A DNA stretch of 64,000 nt. It comes from an uncultured Holdemania sp. (GTDB taxonomy: Bacteria; Bacillota_I; Bacilli_A; Erysipelotrichales; Erysipelotrichaceae). Shown piece after piece: positions 12,082-22,951 of the stretch. The position numbers and the translations under genes were made by a program. Position 1 is the first letter of the stretch. Each line of letters begins with the position of its first letter. Where the stretch lies: positions 122,472 to 186,471 of the forward strand of contig CAYJEY010000002.1 of NCBI GenBank assembly GCA_964369385.1, in the 5' to 3' direction. A model generated the notes under the pieces. That model was not told the origin of the DNA, did not search any database, and was given only the letters and a program-made list of their open reading frames with translations.

Positions 12082-13473
12082 CTAATTTCCTTTTACTCTT
12101 CTTTCCAATTCATCCAAAGCTTGTTTATATAGTGTTTCCTTCATAATTTTCTTTTCAACTTTGTCACAAGCACTCATAATCGTAGAATGATCCCTTTTTC
12201 CAAATTCCTCTCCGATTTTAACATAAGAAATATCTAATAATTTACGACATAAATACATTGCAATATGACGTGCATTAGATATATTTGATGTTCTTGTCTT
12301 TGAAACAAGTTGTTGCTTAGTTAGGCCATAATAATCAGCAACCTCTTTTTTTATTCGATTGACCGATAATTCTTTACTACTTGTAGATGTGATTTGTCCT
12401 TTAAATATACTAATTGCAGCATCTAAATCAATATGATCTTTGTTTGTCGCATTGATAGACATAAATAATAGACGATTTAGACTTCCTTCAAGTGTACGAA
12501 CATCTTTAGAGAAGTTTCGTGCAATATATGAAAGAGCTTCGTCATCAATTTTAATAGAATTACTTACTTGATTCTTAATTTTGAGTTTTAGAATAGCAAG
12601 TGAAGTCTCAAATTCAGGACTGTCTATTCCAACAGATAAACCAGAAGAGAATCTACTTATTAGTCTTTCTTCTAATCCCTTAATCTCAGTTGGATGCTTA
12701 TCACTTGTGATACATATTTGCTTACGATCGTTTACCAGTTCATTAAAAATACTAAAGAATACTTCATGACTTTTTTCACGCCCTGCAATGAATTGAATAT
12801 CATCGACAAGAAGAATATCAATATTATAAAGCCTTCTCTTAAATTTATCGATTGATTGACGTTTAATATTGCTTACAACGCTTTCTACAAAATCATTACC
12901 AGTTGTATAATAAATTACTTTATCACTATAATTTTTCCTTACAAAATTTCCAATAGCATTAAGTAAATGCGTTTTACCAAGCCCGGTATTACCATAGATA
13001 AAAAGTGGCGTGTAGAACTTCCCAGGATTGATTGCACAAGCAAGTGAAGCTGCATGACATTCATTATTACTATTCCCTACAATGAAATTTTCAAAAGTAA
13101 GTTCACTTTTAATTTTTAGCTGATATAAATCCTCATCTTCTACTTCTTCTTCCCCAAAAAAAAGTTGAGATTGAATTGCTTTTGTCTTATGTGCTGATTC
13201 ATATTCACTTGTTAAGTAAACCTCACACTTTACTTCACTTCCTATAACCAATGATAATGCATTATTTATATTATTAGTATAACCTGCAATTACTTGTTTT
13301 AAGATTACTTTATCTGTAACAAATACTGCAATGTTATTATCCAAACTCATTAATTGTAATGGTTTAAAATATGTATCTATTACAATCGAATCTACGAGAA
13401 TTGTTCTGTCCTCTTCTATATATTCTATTGCTTTCGACCATATTTCTTTGTAGTATCCCTCTATAGTTGTCAT
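12082..13473 (-). CDS. dnaA: chromosomal replication initiator DnaA
   Basis: 463 aa with an AAA+ Walker A (GNTGLGKTHLL) and C-terminal domain IV DNA-binding helices. Confidence 0.97.
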   Translation of the reverse strand: MTTIEGYYKEIWSKAIEYIEEDRTILVDSIVIDTYFKPLQLMSLDNNIAVFVTDKVILKQVIAGYTNNINNALSLVIGSEVKCEVYLTSEYESAHKTKAIQSQLFFGEEEVEDEDLYQLKIKSELTFENFIVGNSNNECHAASLACAINPGKFYTPLFIYGNTGLGKTHLLNAIGNFVRKNYSDKVIYYTTGNDFVESVVSNIKRQSIDKFKRRLYNIDILLVDDIQFIAGREKSHEVFFSIFNELVNDRKQICITSDKHPTEIKGLEERLISRFSSGLSVGIDSPEFETSLAILKLKIKNQVSNSIKIDDEALSYIARNFSKDVRTLEGSLNRLLFMSINATNKDHIDLDAAISIFKGQITSTSSKELSVNRIKKEVADYYGLTKQQLVSKTRTSNISNARHIAMYLCRKLLDISYVKIGEEFGKRDHSTIMSACDKVEKKIMKETLYKQALDELERRVKGN

Positions 13474-13912
13474 GAAAACACCTGCCTTGTGAGACTAATT
13501 TTACACTATTCCCCAACGTTTTTAAATAATAAAAAGTCAGCTTTTTTTTTACCCACATAGATTGTGGAAAACTAGCATAAATAAGTGCTTATTTTAAAGA
13601 CTTAAATTAATTTCTCCACATTATCCACAACTTTTATTTTGTTGAAAACATGGGGAAAAGTAAAATGTGAGTAGATTTTTGTGGGAAATCGTGGATAAAG
13701 AAGGTAAATCCACAAAATAATCCCCTAGCATTGTGGAAAAAAAAGCCTTTAAAATAAAGGTTACTCTTAGTTTTCAAGATATCCACATTCTGTGGAAAAC
13801 TAGAGGATGTGGTAAGTGGTAAATGTGTTAATAAGTAGTAAATAAGAAGAATTATGGGTAAAGTATGTAAGAATCGTTTATAATAAAAGTGGATAACTAC
13901 TAGGAGGAACTT
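13474..13912. other. oriC part 1: cluster of about 12 DnaA boxes upstream of dnaA
   Basis: A perfect TTATCCACA is at 13621-13629. Boxes matching 8/9 are at 13549-13557, 13563-13571, 13611-13619, 13690-13698, 13732-13740, 13779-13787, 13791-13799 and 13888-13896. A head-to-head pair lies at 13779-13799. Confidence 0.8.
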
Positions 13913-14635
13913 ATGAAAAAATATATAATACTCGTTTTATTCTTATTTCTTAGCGCTTGTAGTCAAAAATACACTGCAGGAAACTCGAAAACAATGATAG
14001 AGCATATTTCAAGAAAAATAGAAATTAGTTTACCTGTACAGGCGATACCAAATGTTGATATTGATAATCCTAATTCAATTTATGTTTTAGTAAATAAAAA
14101 AAGACCATTAACAGATAGTTTTGTTCCAGATCAGTTAGTTACACCGAATGTCTTATTGATGAGAGATAACCTAACACTTCATCAAGAAGCTGCAAGTGCA
14201 TTAGAAAATATGTTTAATGAAGCATCTAATCAAAATATTAATTTAGCATTAGCAAGTGCATATCGCTCTTATGATTATCAAGCAAATCTTTATAATAATT
14301 ATGTCGCAAGGGATGGTGAAGAAGCAGCAAATCGATATAGTGCTAAGCCCGGTCAAAGTGAGCATCAAACGGGTTTAGCTGCAGATATTGTTGCAGAATC
14401 GCAGGAATGTTACATAAGAAATTGTTTTAAAGATATGGAAGAAGGAATTTGGTTAAAAGAAAATGCTCATTATTATGGATTTATCCTAAGATATCCAGAA
14501 GGCAAAGAAGAAATTACAGGATATATTTTTGAACCTTGGCACTATCGCTATCTAGGTGTAGAACAAGCAACAGCAATTTATGAATCAGGATTAACGATGG
14601 AAGAATTTTACAATATAATGGATAAAAAAAGTTAG
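13913..14635 (+). CDS. VanY-type D-alanyl-D-alanine carboxypeptidase lipoprotein (peptidase M15B)
   Basis: A lipobox (LFLSAC) plus the M15 motifs SEHQTGLAADI and EPWHYRY. Confidence 0.75.
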   Translation: MKKYIILVLFLFLSACSQKYTAGNSKTMIEHISRKIEISLPVQAIPNVDIDNPNSIYVLVNKKRPLTDSFVPDQLVTPNVLLMRDNLTLHQEAASALENMFNEASNQNINLALASAYRSYDYQANLYNNYVARDGEEAANRYSAKPGQSEHQTGLAADIVAESQECYIRNCFKDMEEGIWLKENAHYYGFILRYPEGKEEITGYIFEPWHYRYLGVEQATAIYESGLTMEEFYNIMDKKS

Positions 14636-14665
14636 AATCTCTTTGTAGAGGTTCTAACTTTTTAG

Positions 14666-15862
14666 TTATTTAGAAAATGTTTTTTCCTTGCGATAGTATA
14701 TAAAAATGAAAAAGGCTGATAAAAAGAAAAATACAATAGCATATAAAAAAGGTTGTATTGGATTTAATGTATAAGAGAATCCAGCAATTAAAGCACCGAC
14801 AATCATCCCAAGTGATTTAACTGAATTATAAAATCCCATCACTATAGAACTAGATTCGCTATTACTATATTTGCTACAACTATTTTGTAATAATGGAATA
14901 TATATTGAGTTTGCAGCAAAGAATACAAGATTGACTAAAAGAAATTGAGTAACATTCTTAGCGAAGATAACTCCAATAAGTGAAATACTACATGTCATGA
15001 ATATTACATAAAGAGAAAATGAGATATTTTTCCTTTTGATAATCCAGATGCAAATAGTTAGATTAGTTACAAGGGAGACAAGCCCGACAACAGCTTTGAT
15101 TATTCCATTGTATGAAGGGGGGAAATTAAATATATCTTTGATGTAGTAGTTGAAAGATTGATCGTAAGCAGTTGTCGCGAGACTAGATATGAATGTGACA
15201 AGAAACAAAAGAACTAATAAATGATTAAGAAAGGGTCTAATAGAGAACATCGACTTTAAAGGATTAGCCTCTTTTGAAAGTTCTTTTAATGATAATTTTT
15301 GCATATTATCGCGGGATTTAAGCATCAATTTGTATAGAATACCTACGGAAGCTAAAGAGATAACTTGAAGTATAAAAGAATAATAGATTGAAATATCTCC
15401 AATCATCCCTCCAATGAAATATCCTATAGTTCCCATTACTGTGGAAATTGTAGCTTGAAAAGTGAGGTTTCTTGCACTCGTAGAAGAATCGGAAATATAT
15501 AAAGTATAAGTTAATGAAGCAACTGTGACACCTCCAAGAAAAACACCTGCTAAACATCTTGCGATGATAATGTCGCTTTCAGTGCTGGCGTTCATAAACA
15601 TAAACTGTGCTACTGCATAACCAATACATCCAATCATCATTGAGTTTTTTTCAGAAATAACATTGATCATTTTTCCCCAAAAAGGAGAAAACAAGAAGTT
15701 TGTAATGGACATTGAAGCAAAAGCAACACCAAACATATAATCTCCTAGATTTAAATCAGAAATAAGTGTCGGAGTAATAGGATGAGCTAAATTCGCTGCA
15801 ATCGATTGTAAAGATAATAAAAACATAAAGACCACAAGACGTTGTTTATTGGAAATGTTCAT
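14666..15862 (-). CDS. MFS transporter
   Basis: 398 aa with about 12 predicted TM helices, typical of an MFS transporter. Confidence 0.75.
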   Translation of the reverse strand: MNISNKQRLVVFMFLLSLQSIAANLAHPITPTLISDLNLGDYMFGVAFASMSITNFLFSPFWGKMINVISEKNSMMIGCIGYAVAQFMFMNASTESDIIIARCLAGVFLGGVTVASLTYTLYISDSSTSARNLTFQATISTVMGTIGYFIGGMIGDISIYYSFILQVISLASVGILYKLMLKSRDNMQKLSLKELSKEANPLKSMFSIRPFLNHLLVLLFLVTFISSLATTAYDQSFNYYIKDIFNFPPSYNGIIKAVVGLVSLVTNLTICIWIIKRKNISFSLYVIFMTCSISLIGVIFAKNVTQFLLVNLVFFAANSIYIPLLQNSCSKYSNSESSSIVMGFYNSVKSLGMIVGALIAGFSYTLNPIQPFLYAIVFFFLSAFFIFIYYRKEKTFSK

Positions 15863-15955
15863 ATAAATCCCCCTAAAAATGAATATAGGATTAATTTTAA
15901 CATGTTTTTTATAGATTTAGAAGAATATAAAAAAAGCATGCAATAATGCACGCTA

Positions 15956-16645
15956 CTATTTTACTTCATGTATTTTACCATTCTTATCAGCAAGTAAGGC
16001 ACTCATCTGTAATTTTGATTTAAGTAGACGAGGTAATTCTTGCCATTGCTTTCTGCATTGTGTTGAGTCATTGAAGGCAATACTAAATTGTGCATTCACA
16101 TCATCAATCTCTTTTAAAACAGTATTTAACTTAATTGGAAGAGGTTGTTTACGTCCTCTTTTTGTCCCCTGAATATTAATAATCCACTTCTTATCTTCTT
16201 TTATTGCAACGATGCAGTCCTTTTCACGATGAGATTGCCATCCTCTCTCATTCAGCCAAGTACTTACAAGATCACTTAAACCATCTGTAGTTCGGTTCAT
16301 GCGTAATCGTTCTTCACGCATTTTTTCGACAATATCTTTTTCGGGTCTTCCTCTCTTTTTAGGCGGAAATACGGGTTCACGATTAACTAAGTTATCAGTG
16401 TAGTATCTCACATCTAAGTGAGATCCAAACCCAGTTTGACCTCGAGGACGCCGAAGTATTTGATCGCCCTCTAACATTAGTTTGTAGATAGCTTGACAGC
16501 ATGTAGGCATTGTTGCATGATTTGGAGAAACACGCTCATGCAGACTTTTAGAATTGATTTCAATACATTTTTTTCCCGAGTTGTGTGCTTTTTCTTTCAT
16601 TTGTAAAATTGCATCTATGTAATCTTTAATTCCTGGACCTTTCAT
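15956..16645 (-). CDS. hypothetical basic protein, probably DNA-binding (AT-hook-like KKRGRPEK; possible PD-(D/E)xK-like segment)
   Basis: 229 aa ORF with no recognisable family. The central motif PPKKRGRPEKD resembles an AT-hook. A SDLV...AIKEDKK pattern could be a nuclease-like D...(D/E)xK motif, but this is weak. Confidence 0.5.
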   Translation of the reverse strand: MKGPGIKDYIDAILQMKEKAHNSGKKCIEINSKSLHERVSPNHATMPTCCQAIYKLMLEGDQILRRPRGQTGFGSHLDVRYYTDNLVNREPVFPPKKRGRPEKDIVEKMREERLRMNRTTDGLSDLVSTWLNERGWQSHREKDCIVAIKEDKKWIINIQGTKRGRKQPLPIKLNTVLKEIDDVNAQFSIAFNDSTQCRKQWQELPRLLKSKLQMSALLADKNGKIHEVK

Positions 16646-16805
16646 TAATAATCCCTACCTTTCGATGTAAACATTTTATGACAATTGCAATGTCGAATGA
16701 TGTCGAAAAAAAGAAAAGATAAAAAGAATTTTATAAATCTTAATAAAACAAAAACTAGAGTGAATGTAATCTTTAAGATTTTTATTCACTCTAGTTTAAA
16801 TTTTT

Positions 16806-17276
16806 CTATTCACTTACTTGTGTAGTCTCTTCAGTAGTTTCTGTTGATTCAGGAACTGGTAAATCATCTTGAGTATTTTGAGTAGTTGTTTCTTCATATG
16901 TAGATGTAGTTGTCGTAGTTTCTTCACTTTCATCTTCGCCAGTATCCAAATTTTCATCACTGGGTAAATGATAAATATTTTCACCTAACTTAGAAACCAT
17001 GTATTTTCCACGAGCCATATTTTGAACATAATTAGGATCATTTAATTTATCTACTTGTGATGATAGTTCACTATTTTGCTCTGTAAGACTTTCTAGTTCT
17101 TGTAGTACTAATTCATGTTGCTCTGATAATCGTTGGGTGTTTTGATATTCAGTATATACTTGAAACAACATAACGAAAGAAGCGATAATGAATATGATAG
17201 ACAAGATATTAAAGACCGCTTGTCTTGGGCGTTTTTTTCTTCTTTTTCGCACTTGATTTTGATTTTGTTTTTGCAA
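16806..17276 (-). CDS. divIC: septum formation initiator DivIC/FtsB-like
   Basis: A basic N-terminus (KRRKKRPRQ), a single TM helix, a coiled coil (LVLQELESLTEQNSELSSQVDKL) and an acidic T/E-rich tail. The probable start is TTG at 17276 with a GGAGGT RBS; the track ORF extends to 17375. Confidence 0.65.
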   Translation of the reverse strand: MQKQNQNQVRKRRKKRPRQAVFNILSIIFIIASFVMLFQVYTEYQNTQRLSEQHELVLQELESLTEQNSELSSQVDKLNDPNYVQNMARGKYMVSKLGENIYHLPSDENLDTGEDESEETTTTTSTYEETTTQNTQDDLPVPESTETTEETTQVSE

Positions 17277-17673
17277 TGTGATACCTCCACTTCTTAAAAC
17301 GTGAGTCCATATTAAGTATACCAAGGATACGTGAAAAAGCAAGGTAAAGCATGCAAGCGAAGCGATGAAGTACAATTTTCGTAGTGAAAATAAAGGAATG
17401 AAACACTGAATAGTAGAAAATTTGATATATTCCTATTCCAAAAAAGAAGAACAGTATACAATAGAACTGTGTAACAGCTCCATTTAACTCATAGAGTAAA
17501 ATGTAAAAAAGTAATGTGTAAAGTGTAAAAAAAGAGAATTCTACCAAATATCTAATATTTTTTCTTAAACTGTATAAAAAGACAGTATTTAAAAAATGAA
17601 ATGAGAAAGAAAATAACCATCCCATAATAAAGTGAAAGATGATCATTTGAAATTGATGAGGAAGTAAAATCAT
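17209..17673 (-). CDS. yabQ: spore cortex protein YabQ-like membrane protein
   Basis: A polytopic membrane protein immediately downstream of yabP, as in Bacillus. The 3' end overlaps the divIC start by about 68 nt. Confidence 0.55.
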   Translation of the reverse strand: MILLPHQFQMIIFHFIMGWLFSFSFHFLNTVFLYSLRKNIRYLVEFSFFTLYTLLFYILLYELNGAVTQFYCILFFFFGIGIYQIFYYSVFHSFIFTTKIVLHRFACMLYLAFSRILGILNMDSRFKKWRYHIAKTKSKSSAKKKKKTPKTSGL

Positions 17674-17993
17674 TGAAACAGTCGCTTAAAGAAACTCTCA
17701 CGTGTAGAACTATCTTTATTACTTAAGTATTGAATAGAATCCACTAATCCTTTAATAATTACTTCTCCACGATCTGTATCTAATCGATCTAAAGTTAAAT
17801 CTTTTCCTTGGATTACACACCAACCTTGTGATGTTTCTAGTAAGAATTCATGAGAATCAAAACTATCAATCATTTTTACCCCAGTTAGTTCTAGTGTTTT
17901 GCGATCACTCAAAGTACAACGATGATATGGATTTGTCTCAAATTTTATTGGATTTTCGTTCATAATTAATCCTCCCAAGATAATATATGTCAT
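17670..17993 (-). CDS. yabP: sporulation protein YabP
   Basis: YabP family sequence (FETNPYHRCTLSDRKTLELTGVKMIDSFDSHEFLLETSQGWCVIQG). The start may be the internal MNENPIKF. Confidence 0.8.
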   Translation of the reverse strand: MTYIILGGLIMNENPIKFETNPYHRCTLSDRKTLELTGVKMIDSFDSHEFLLETSQGWCVIQGKDLTLDRLDTDRGEVIIKGLVDSIQYLSNKDSSTRESFFKRLFQ

Positions 17994-18043
17994 ATAGAGG
18001 ATATCTATGAAAAAAAGTAGACTTATTAAATGCTACTTTTTCT

Positions 18044-18286
18044 TTAGTCGATGATTTCATATAAGGTTGGTGCATCAGCCTTACGTGTATTTTCTTGTAT
18101 ATCAAGAACACGAACACTTAGGCGACGTTCACCAAATATAATTGTAATTTCATCATTAATTTTTACTTCGTAAGAAGGTTTTGCAGGCTTCCCATTTACA
18201 AGTATACGATCATTCTCAGCTAATTCTTTTGAGATTGTGCGACGTTTAAGTAAACGAGAAACTTTACAGTATTTATCAAGACGCAT
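18044..18286 (-). CDS. yabO: S4-domain RNA-binding protein (YabO/Hsp15-like)
   Basis: 80 aa S4 domain protein in the yabO position between spoVT and yabP. Confidence 0.7.
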   Translation of the reverse strand: MRLDKYCKVSRLLKRRTISKELAENDRILVNGKPAKPSYEVKINDEITIIFGERRLSVRVLDIQENTRKADAPTLYEIID

Positions 18287-18314
18287 GTCATCACCTCTAC
18301 AACTAGTTTATCAC

Positions 18315-18818
18315 TTATTGTTGAATTTGACGAGATAACATACGTAAAAAACTATGGATGACATTTTTCATATTGTCATTAACAGAGTCTGATACCAAAA
18401 TAAAGGTCCCTAACCATGCACTATCAATAATAAGTGGAAATAAAGTTATAGTATAGAGTGTTGGATCATTCTCGAATAAAAGGATTGAGCTAACGGTCTC
18501 TGCTGTATAGGATTTTATTTGAGAGACTGTTCTTCTAGAAATCATTTTTGAATTAAGTGGAGCAATTGAAGTTAATCTATCATCACCATAAAAAAGTAAG
18601 GAGCATTTAAAAAGTTCCTGAAACGAATAAAGCATATCTGATATTTGATTATTTTGCTCACTTAAATGTTGAAATTTTTTGATAATGATTTCTTTATTAT
18701 CATTGACATAGAATTCGATTGAATCCCCTTCTTTCATTTGATAAAGTTTTCTGATTTCCTTAGGAATCACAAGTCTTCCTAAATCATCTATTCTTCTAAC
18801 TATTCCTGTTGCCTTCAT
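18315..18818 (-). CDS. spoVT: stage V sporulation regulator SpoVT (AbrB-N plus GAF)
   Basis: From the internal Met the sequence reads MKATGIVRRIDDLGRLVIPKEIRKLYQMKEGDSIEFY, a canonical SpoVT/AbrB N-domain. An AAAGGAGA RBS precedes the ATG at 18818. The track ORF is longer (to 18902). Confidence 0.8.
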   Translation of the reverse strand: MKATGIVRRIDDLGRLVIPKEIRKLYQMKEGDSIEFYVNDNKEIIIKKFQHLSEQNNQISDMLYSFQELFKCSLLFYGDDRLTSIAPLNSKMISRRTVSQIKSYTAETVSSILLFENDPTLYTITLFPLIIDSAWLGTFILVSDSVNDNMKNVIHSFLRMLSRQIQQ

Positions 18819-18883
18819 ACACGCTATCTCCTTTAGTAATATAGTTGTATTTTGAGCAAAGTAAGTCATTTTATACATGAACT

Positions 18884-21800
18884 TTAAATAGTTTTTTGAC
18901 AACGCTTAGCTAAGTTTATTACCTGGAGTGTTTGTGTTAGCGTATTTTTTGACTTAGGAATTGTAACTTGAATCTTTTGGTTTTTATAAGAAATTGAAAT
19001 ACCTTTAGATATTGTAGGGATAAGCTCAAATAGTTTTATTCCATCCATATTTTGACTAAATAGAACACTAAACTGAACAAGATGTGCAACTTTTGTTTCT
19101 TTAAATTCATCAATGTTTTCATCATTAATGAGAAGTTCAAGTTGTTTTTTCTCAAATAAAAGTTGTACAGATTTAGGGAATTGCCCATGATTATCTTTTA
19201 TTTCTTCGATGTATTCTAGCAACTGTGTTTGTGTTTTAATGCCATCAATTTTCTGATACATAGCTATTTTTTCTAAATCTTCAGGTGCAAATTCATGAGG
19301 AATGTAGCTATCCACCTTGATTTGTGGTTTCTCAAGTTTCTTTTCTTCTTCTTTGATTATTCCACGACGCTCATCAATAGCTTCATTTAAAAGCTCGATG
19401 TAGTAATCAATGCCAATGGCATCAATAAATCCAGATTGATTAGGTCCTAGTAAATCTCCTGCTCCACGTATTGTCAAATCTCGCATGGCGATTTTATATC
19501 CACTACCGAGTTCTGTAAACTCTTTAATTGATTGGAGACGTTTAGTAGCAATCTCAGTAAGTTGCTTATACTCTTCCACAAGCAAATAAGCATAAGCGAC
19601 ACGATCGCTTCTTCCAACGCGACCTTTGATTTGATAAAGTTGTGATAATCCAAAACGATGAGCATTTTCTACAAGAATTGTATTGGCATTGGGGATATCA
19701 ATACCGGTCTCAATGATTGTAGTACAAATGAGCACATTGTATTCAGCACGAGAAAAACTCAACATGACATCTTCGATTTCCTCTTTTGACATCTTGCCAT
19801 GCGCAACAGCAATTCGAGCATCAGGTAAATCTGCTTGAAGTGAACGAGCGATATGATAAATTTGATCAATATTGTTGAAGAGATAAAATACTTGACCTTC
19901 TCTTGCTAACTCTTTTTCAATCACATCTACAATTAAATTTTTATTTTTTTCTACTACGTAGGTTTGAACAGGATATCGATTGCTTGGAGGAGTATCTAAT
20001 TGGGACAATTGACGAATTCCAATGAGAGACATTTGTAATGTACGTGGAATAGGTGTCGCACTCAAAGATAAGACATCTACATTTTGTTTAATTTCTTTAA
20101 TTTTTTCTTTGTGTTCTACACCAAATCGTTGTTCTTCATCAATGATTAAGAATCCTAAATCTTTAAATTGAATATCTTTTGAAAGTAATCTGTGAGTACC
20201 TAGCAAAATATCTATCTTTCCTTCTTTTAAGCGAGAAATAATACGAGTTTGTTCACTTGGTGTAATAAAACGATTAATCACTTCAACATTTACCGGATAG
20301 TTCTTTAAACGTTGTTTGAATGTTTTGTAGTGCTGCATAGAGAGAATCGTAGTTGGACATAAGAAGGCAACTTGTTTATTATCCATGACAGCTTTAAAGG
20401 CAGCACGTAGTGCTACTTCTGTTTTTCCAAATCCCACATCCCCGCAAAGCAAGCGATCCATAGGTTTAGGTTTCATCATATCTTCCTTGATTTCAATGAC
20501 GGCTTTTGATTGATCGGGTGTTAACTCATATTCAAAGCTATTTTCAAATTGAGATTGTTCCAAAGTGTCGGCACTATATGCAAATCCAATGTTTTCTTCG
20601 CGAAGCGAATATAACTCAATTAAACGTTCTGCAATATTATTGACGTTCTCTTTGATTTTTGCTTTTGTCTTAGCCCATTCATTACTACCTAACTTGTTTA
20701 ACTTAGGTGTGACTCCTTCGCGTGAGACAAATTTACGGACAAGAGAAAACTGTTCCAGGGGAACTAAAAGTTCATCATTTCCCTTAAATAAGATTTGCAG
20801 ATAATCACGGTGAACCCCTCCTATTTCCTTGGTAATAATTTGCATGTATTGTCCAACGCCATGCTGTTGATGAACAATATAGTCACGAGGATTAAGGTCT
20901 TGGTAACTACTTAGTGCTTCTGCTTGATTAAATTTATTAATGTATTTTCCAACTTTACGTTTGCGACGATAAATTTCTTTACTTGTATATACAATAAGTT
21001 TATCTTCGACAAACTCAAAACCTTCATCAAATTCATCCTCACAAAAATACAAGCCAGTTTGATGATACTCTGGATGCATTTTAAAAGGATATCCTTTGTA
21101 TTCCAAGATTGCCGTGAATTCTCTAATTTCAGGTGACGTTAAAGCTAAAATAAGGCAATGAGTTTGTGCCTGTTTGTGCAACATATCAGCAAGCAAATCT
21201 AAAGGTTCTTCAGGAAGTGATGGTTGGCGAATAACAGATTTCACACTAAGGAAAGGTTGAATCATTGTACAAGGATAATGTGCAATGTCTTGAAAAGGTT
21301 GTCGATAAATTGAATAACGACCTAACCACTTCCCTACTTGTGTTAATTCTTGTAAGTATGCTACGCTTTCCTCGTTTAATCGATAAATATGACCTTCACA
21401 TTTTTGTGGTTGACTCATGATGATTTGTGGTTGATCAATGTAATCTAGTAAAGATGCTGTTTTATCCAGATAACAGAAATATGGATACAAATGAGCTTCA
21501 TATAAGTGGTGTCCTAAAAAATCCATATCTAATGCAAGTTGATCTTGCACAACTAGAGCGAGTTCTGGTTGTCGTCGTTGTAGAGCTTCAAAATCTTGTA
21601 AAGACCGCTCTTTTACTAATTCTATTTCCTCAGCACTTAGTAAGAGTTCATTAGCACAGGTGATTGTAACTTCATCTAAAATTTGAACAGTTCTTTGTGT
21701 AGTTGGATCGAAGAATCGAATACTATCAATCTCTGTATCAAAAAATTCAATACGAACAGGTTGACTATAGTTTATCGAAAATATATCAAGAATTCCACCA

Positions 21801-22309
21801 CGACTAGAATAAGTGAGAGGATGATCAACTCTTGTCTCATAGAGGTATCCCGCTTGTTGACACAGTTCTTTCAAGTCTGCGATTTCAATCTGTTGCCCCT
21901 TTACTAATGAGAAAGAGCGAGATGAAAATGTTTCTGGATTCATCATATGGATAGCTAAAGCACCTACGTGAGTAACACAAATCTTGGGCTGAGAATTTTG
22001 TAGCTGAACTAATGCTTCAACTCTTCCCGCGAGTGATTCAAGAGAACTTGAAATGGATTGCACACGTAGTGATTCTTCCACTTCAAAAAGGACACACTGT
22101 GCCTTCATAAGGGGGGTTAATTTTCGATAAAACAGTTGCGCTTGATAAGGATTATCCTTAACTATGACTATGTTTCTTGGATTTGCTTGAAAACTTGCGG
22201 CGACACTTAGTACTTCTTCCATCAAAGTGAGACAAGATATTTCTTTTCTTTTTTTATTCAACGATAAAACATTAGCCGATCCCTCAATTAATTGTAATAG
22301 AGGGTTCAT
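18884..22309 (-). CDS. mfd: transcription-repair coupling factor
   Basis: 1141 aa with a UvrB-homology N-terminus, an RNAP-interaction domain and a superfamily 2 helicase ([11 protein letters not shown]; DEEQRFG). Confidence 0.95.
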   Translation of the reverse strand: MNPLLQLIEGSANVLSLNKKRKEISCLTLMEEVLSVAASFQANPRNIVIVKDNPYQAQLFYRKLTPLMKAQCVLFEVEESLRVQSISSSLESLAGRVEALVQLQNSQPKICVTHVGALAIHMMNPETFSSRSFSLVKGQQIEIADLKELCQQAGYLYETRVDHPLTYSSRGGILDIFSINYSQPVRIEFFDTEIDSIRFFDPTTQRTVQILDEVTITCANELLLSAEEIELVKERSLQDFEALQRRQPELALVVQDQLALDMDFLGHHLYEAHLYPYFCYLDKTASLLDYIDQPQIIMSQPQKCEGHIYRLNEESVAYLQELTQVGKWLGRYSIYRQPFQDIAHYPCTMIQPFLSVKSVIRQPSLPEEPLDLLADMLHKQAQTHCLILALTSPEIREFTAILEYKGYPFKMHPEYHQTGLYFCEDEFDEGFEFVEDKLIVYTSKEIYRRKRKVGKYINKFNQAEALSSYQDLNPRDYIVHQQHGVGQYMQIITKEIGGVHRDYLQILFKGNDELLVPLEQFSLVRKFVSREGVTPKLNKLGSNEWAKTKAKIKENVNNIAERLIELYSLREENIGFAYSADTLEQSQFENSFEYELTPDQSKAVIEIKEDMMKPKPMDRLLCGDVGFGKTEVALRAAFKAVMDNKQVAFLCPTTILSMQHYKTFKQRLKNYPVNVEVINRFITPSEQTRIISRLKEGKIDILLGTHRLLSKDIQFKDLGFLIIDEEQRFGVEHKEKIKEIKQNVDVLSLSATPIPRTLQMSLIGIRQLSQLDTPPSNRYPVQTYVVEKNKNLIVDVIEKELAREGQVFYLFNNIDQIYHIARSLQADLPDARIAVAHGKMSKEEIEDVMLSFSRAEYNVLICTTIIETGIDIPNANTILVENAHRFGLSQLYQIKGRVGRSDRVAYAYLLVEEYKQLTEIATKRLQSIKEFTELGSGYKIAMRDLTIRGAGDLLGPNQSGFIDAIGIDYYIELLNEAIDERRGIIKEEEKKLEKPQIKVDSYIPHEFAPEDLEKIAMYQKIDGIKTQTQLLEYIEEIKDNHGQFPKSVQLLFEKKQLELLINDENIDEFKETKVAHLVQFSVLFSQNMDGIKLFELIPTISKGISISYKNQKIQVTIPKSKNTLTQTLQVINLAKRCQKTI

Positions 22310-22863
22310 CGATTGTACCTATTCATGACTTCAGTGAACGTCATCGCAAGAGACGCCCTTGACGCTTTTGCAACTTTATCTAAAATCTCATTCATTAAAT
22401 CTTCCTGATCTTTTGGTATTTTTCCAAGTACATAATCTTTTACAGGAATAATGGGATCTTTACCTATTCCTATTCGAATACGTTTGATGTCCTGAGTTCC
22501 AAGTAATTGCATAATGTTTTTTAATCCATTTTGACCACCCGAGCTCCCTTGGTAACGAATACGAATTTTCCCAACGGGTAAATCTAAATCATCGTGTAAA
22601 ACAAGTATATCTTGTGAATCAATTTTGAAATATCTAGCACACGCTGCTACAGCTTCACCAGATAAATTCATATAAGTTTGGGGTTTCATTAATAGTACTT
22701 TCTCACCTTTAAATTGCAAGCTTGCAATTTGTGATTGAAATTGTGTTTGTGTGAAATTGACTTCTAGCATTACCGCTAAGCGATCAATTGCCATGAATCC
22801 TACATTGTGGCGAGTGTGTTCATACTCTCTACCAGGATTCCCTAATCCAACAATTAATTTCAT
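22306..22863 (-). CDS. pth: peptidyl-tRNA hydrolase
   Basis: The sequence MKLIVGLGNPGREYEHTRHNVGF is the canonical Pth N-terminus. The gene is upstream of mfd, as in Bacillus. Confidence 0.92.
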   Translation of the reverse strand: MKLIVGLGNPGREYEHTRHNVGFMAIDRLAVMLEVNFTQTQFQSQIASLQFKGEKVLLMKPQTYMNLSGEAVAACARYFKIDSQDILVLHDDLDLPVGKIRIRYQGSSGGQNGLKNIMQLLGTQDIKRIRIGIGKDPIIPVKDYVLGKIPKDQEDLMNEILDKVAKASRASLAMTFTEVMNRYNR

Positions 22864-22916
22864 TTGTGTACCTCCTTAGTTCTAATATAATACCACAAGA
22901 ACAACGAAACATGAAT

Positions 22917-22944
22917 AAAAAAACATGCCCATTTTGAGCATGTT
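22917..22944 (-). terminator. intrinsic terminator after the ABC permease gene
   Basis: Hairpin AAACATGC...GCATGTTT with a minus-strand U-run. Confidence 0.5.
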
Positions 22945-22951
22945 TGATATG

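Noticed and set aside
13364-13558. 64-aa minus-strand ORF overlapping the dnaA start and extending into oriC
   Set aside because: It lies in the DnaA-box array in a different frame from dnaA, so it is an artefact of the non-coding origin region.
17108-17290. 60-aa ORF overlapping the divIC/yabQ junction
   Set aside because: It is a third-frame overlap inside two better-supported genes and has no RBS.
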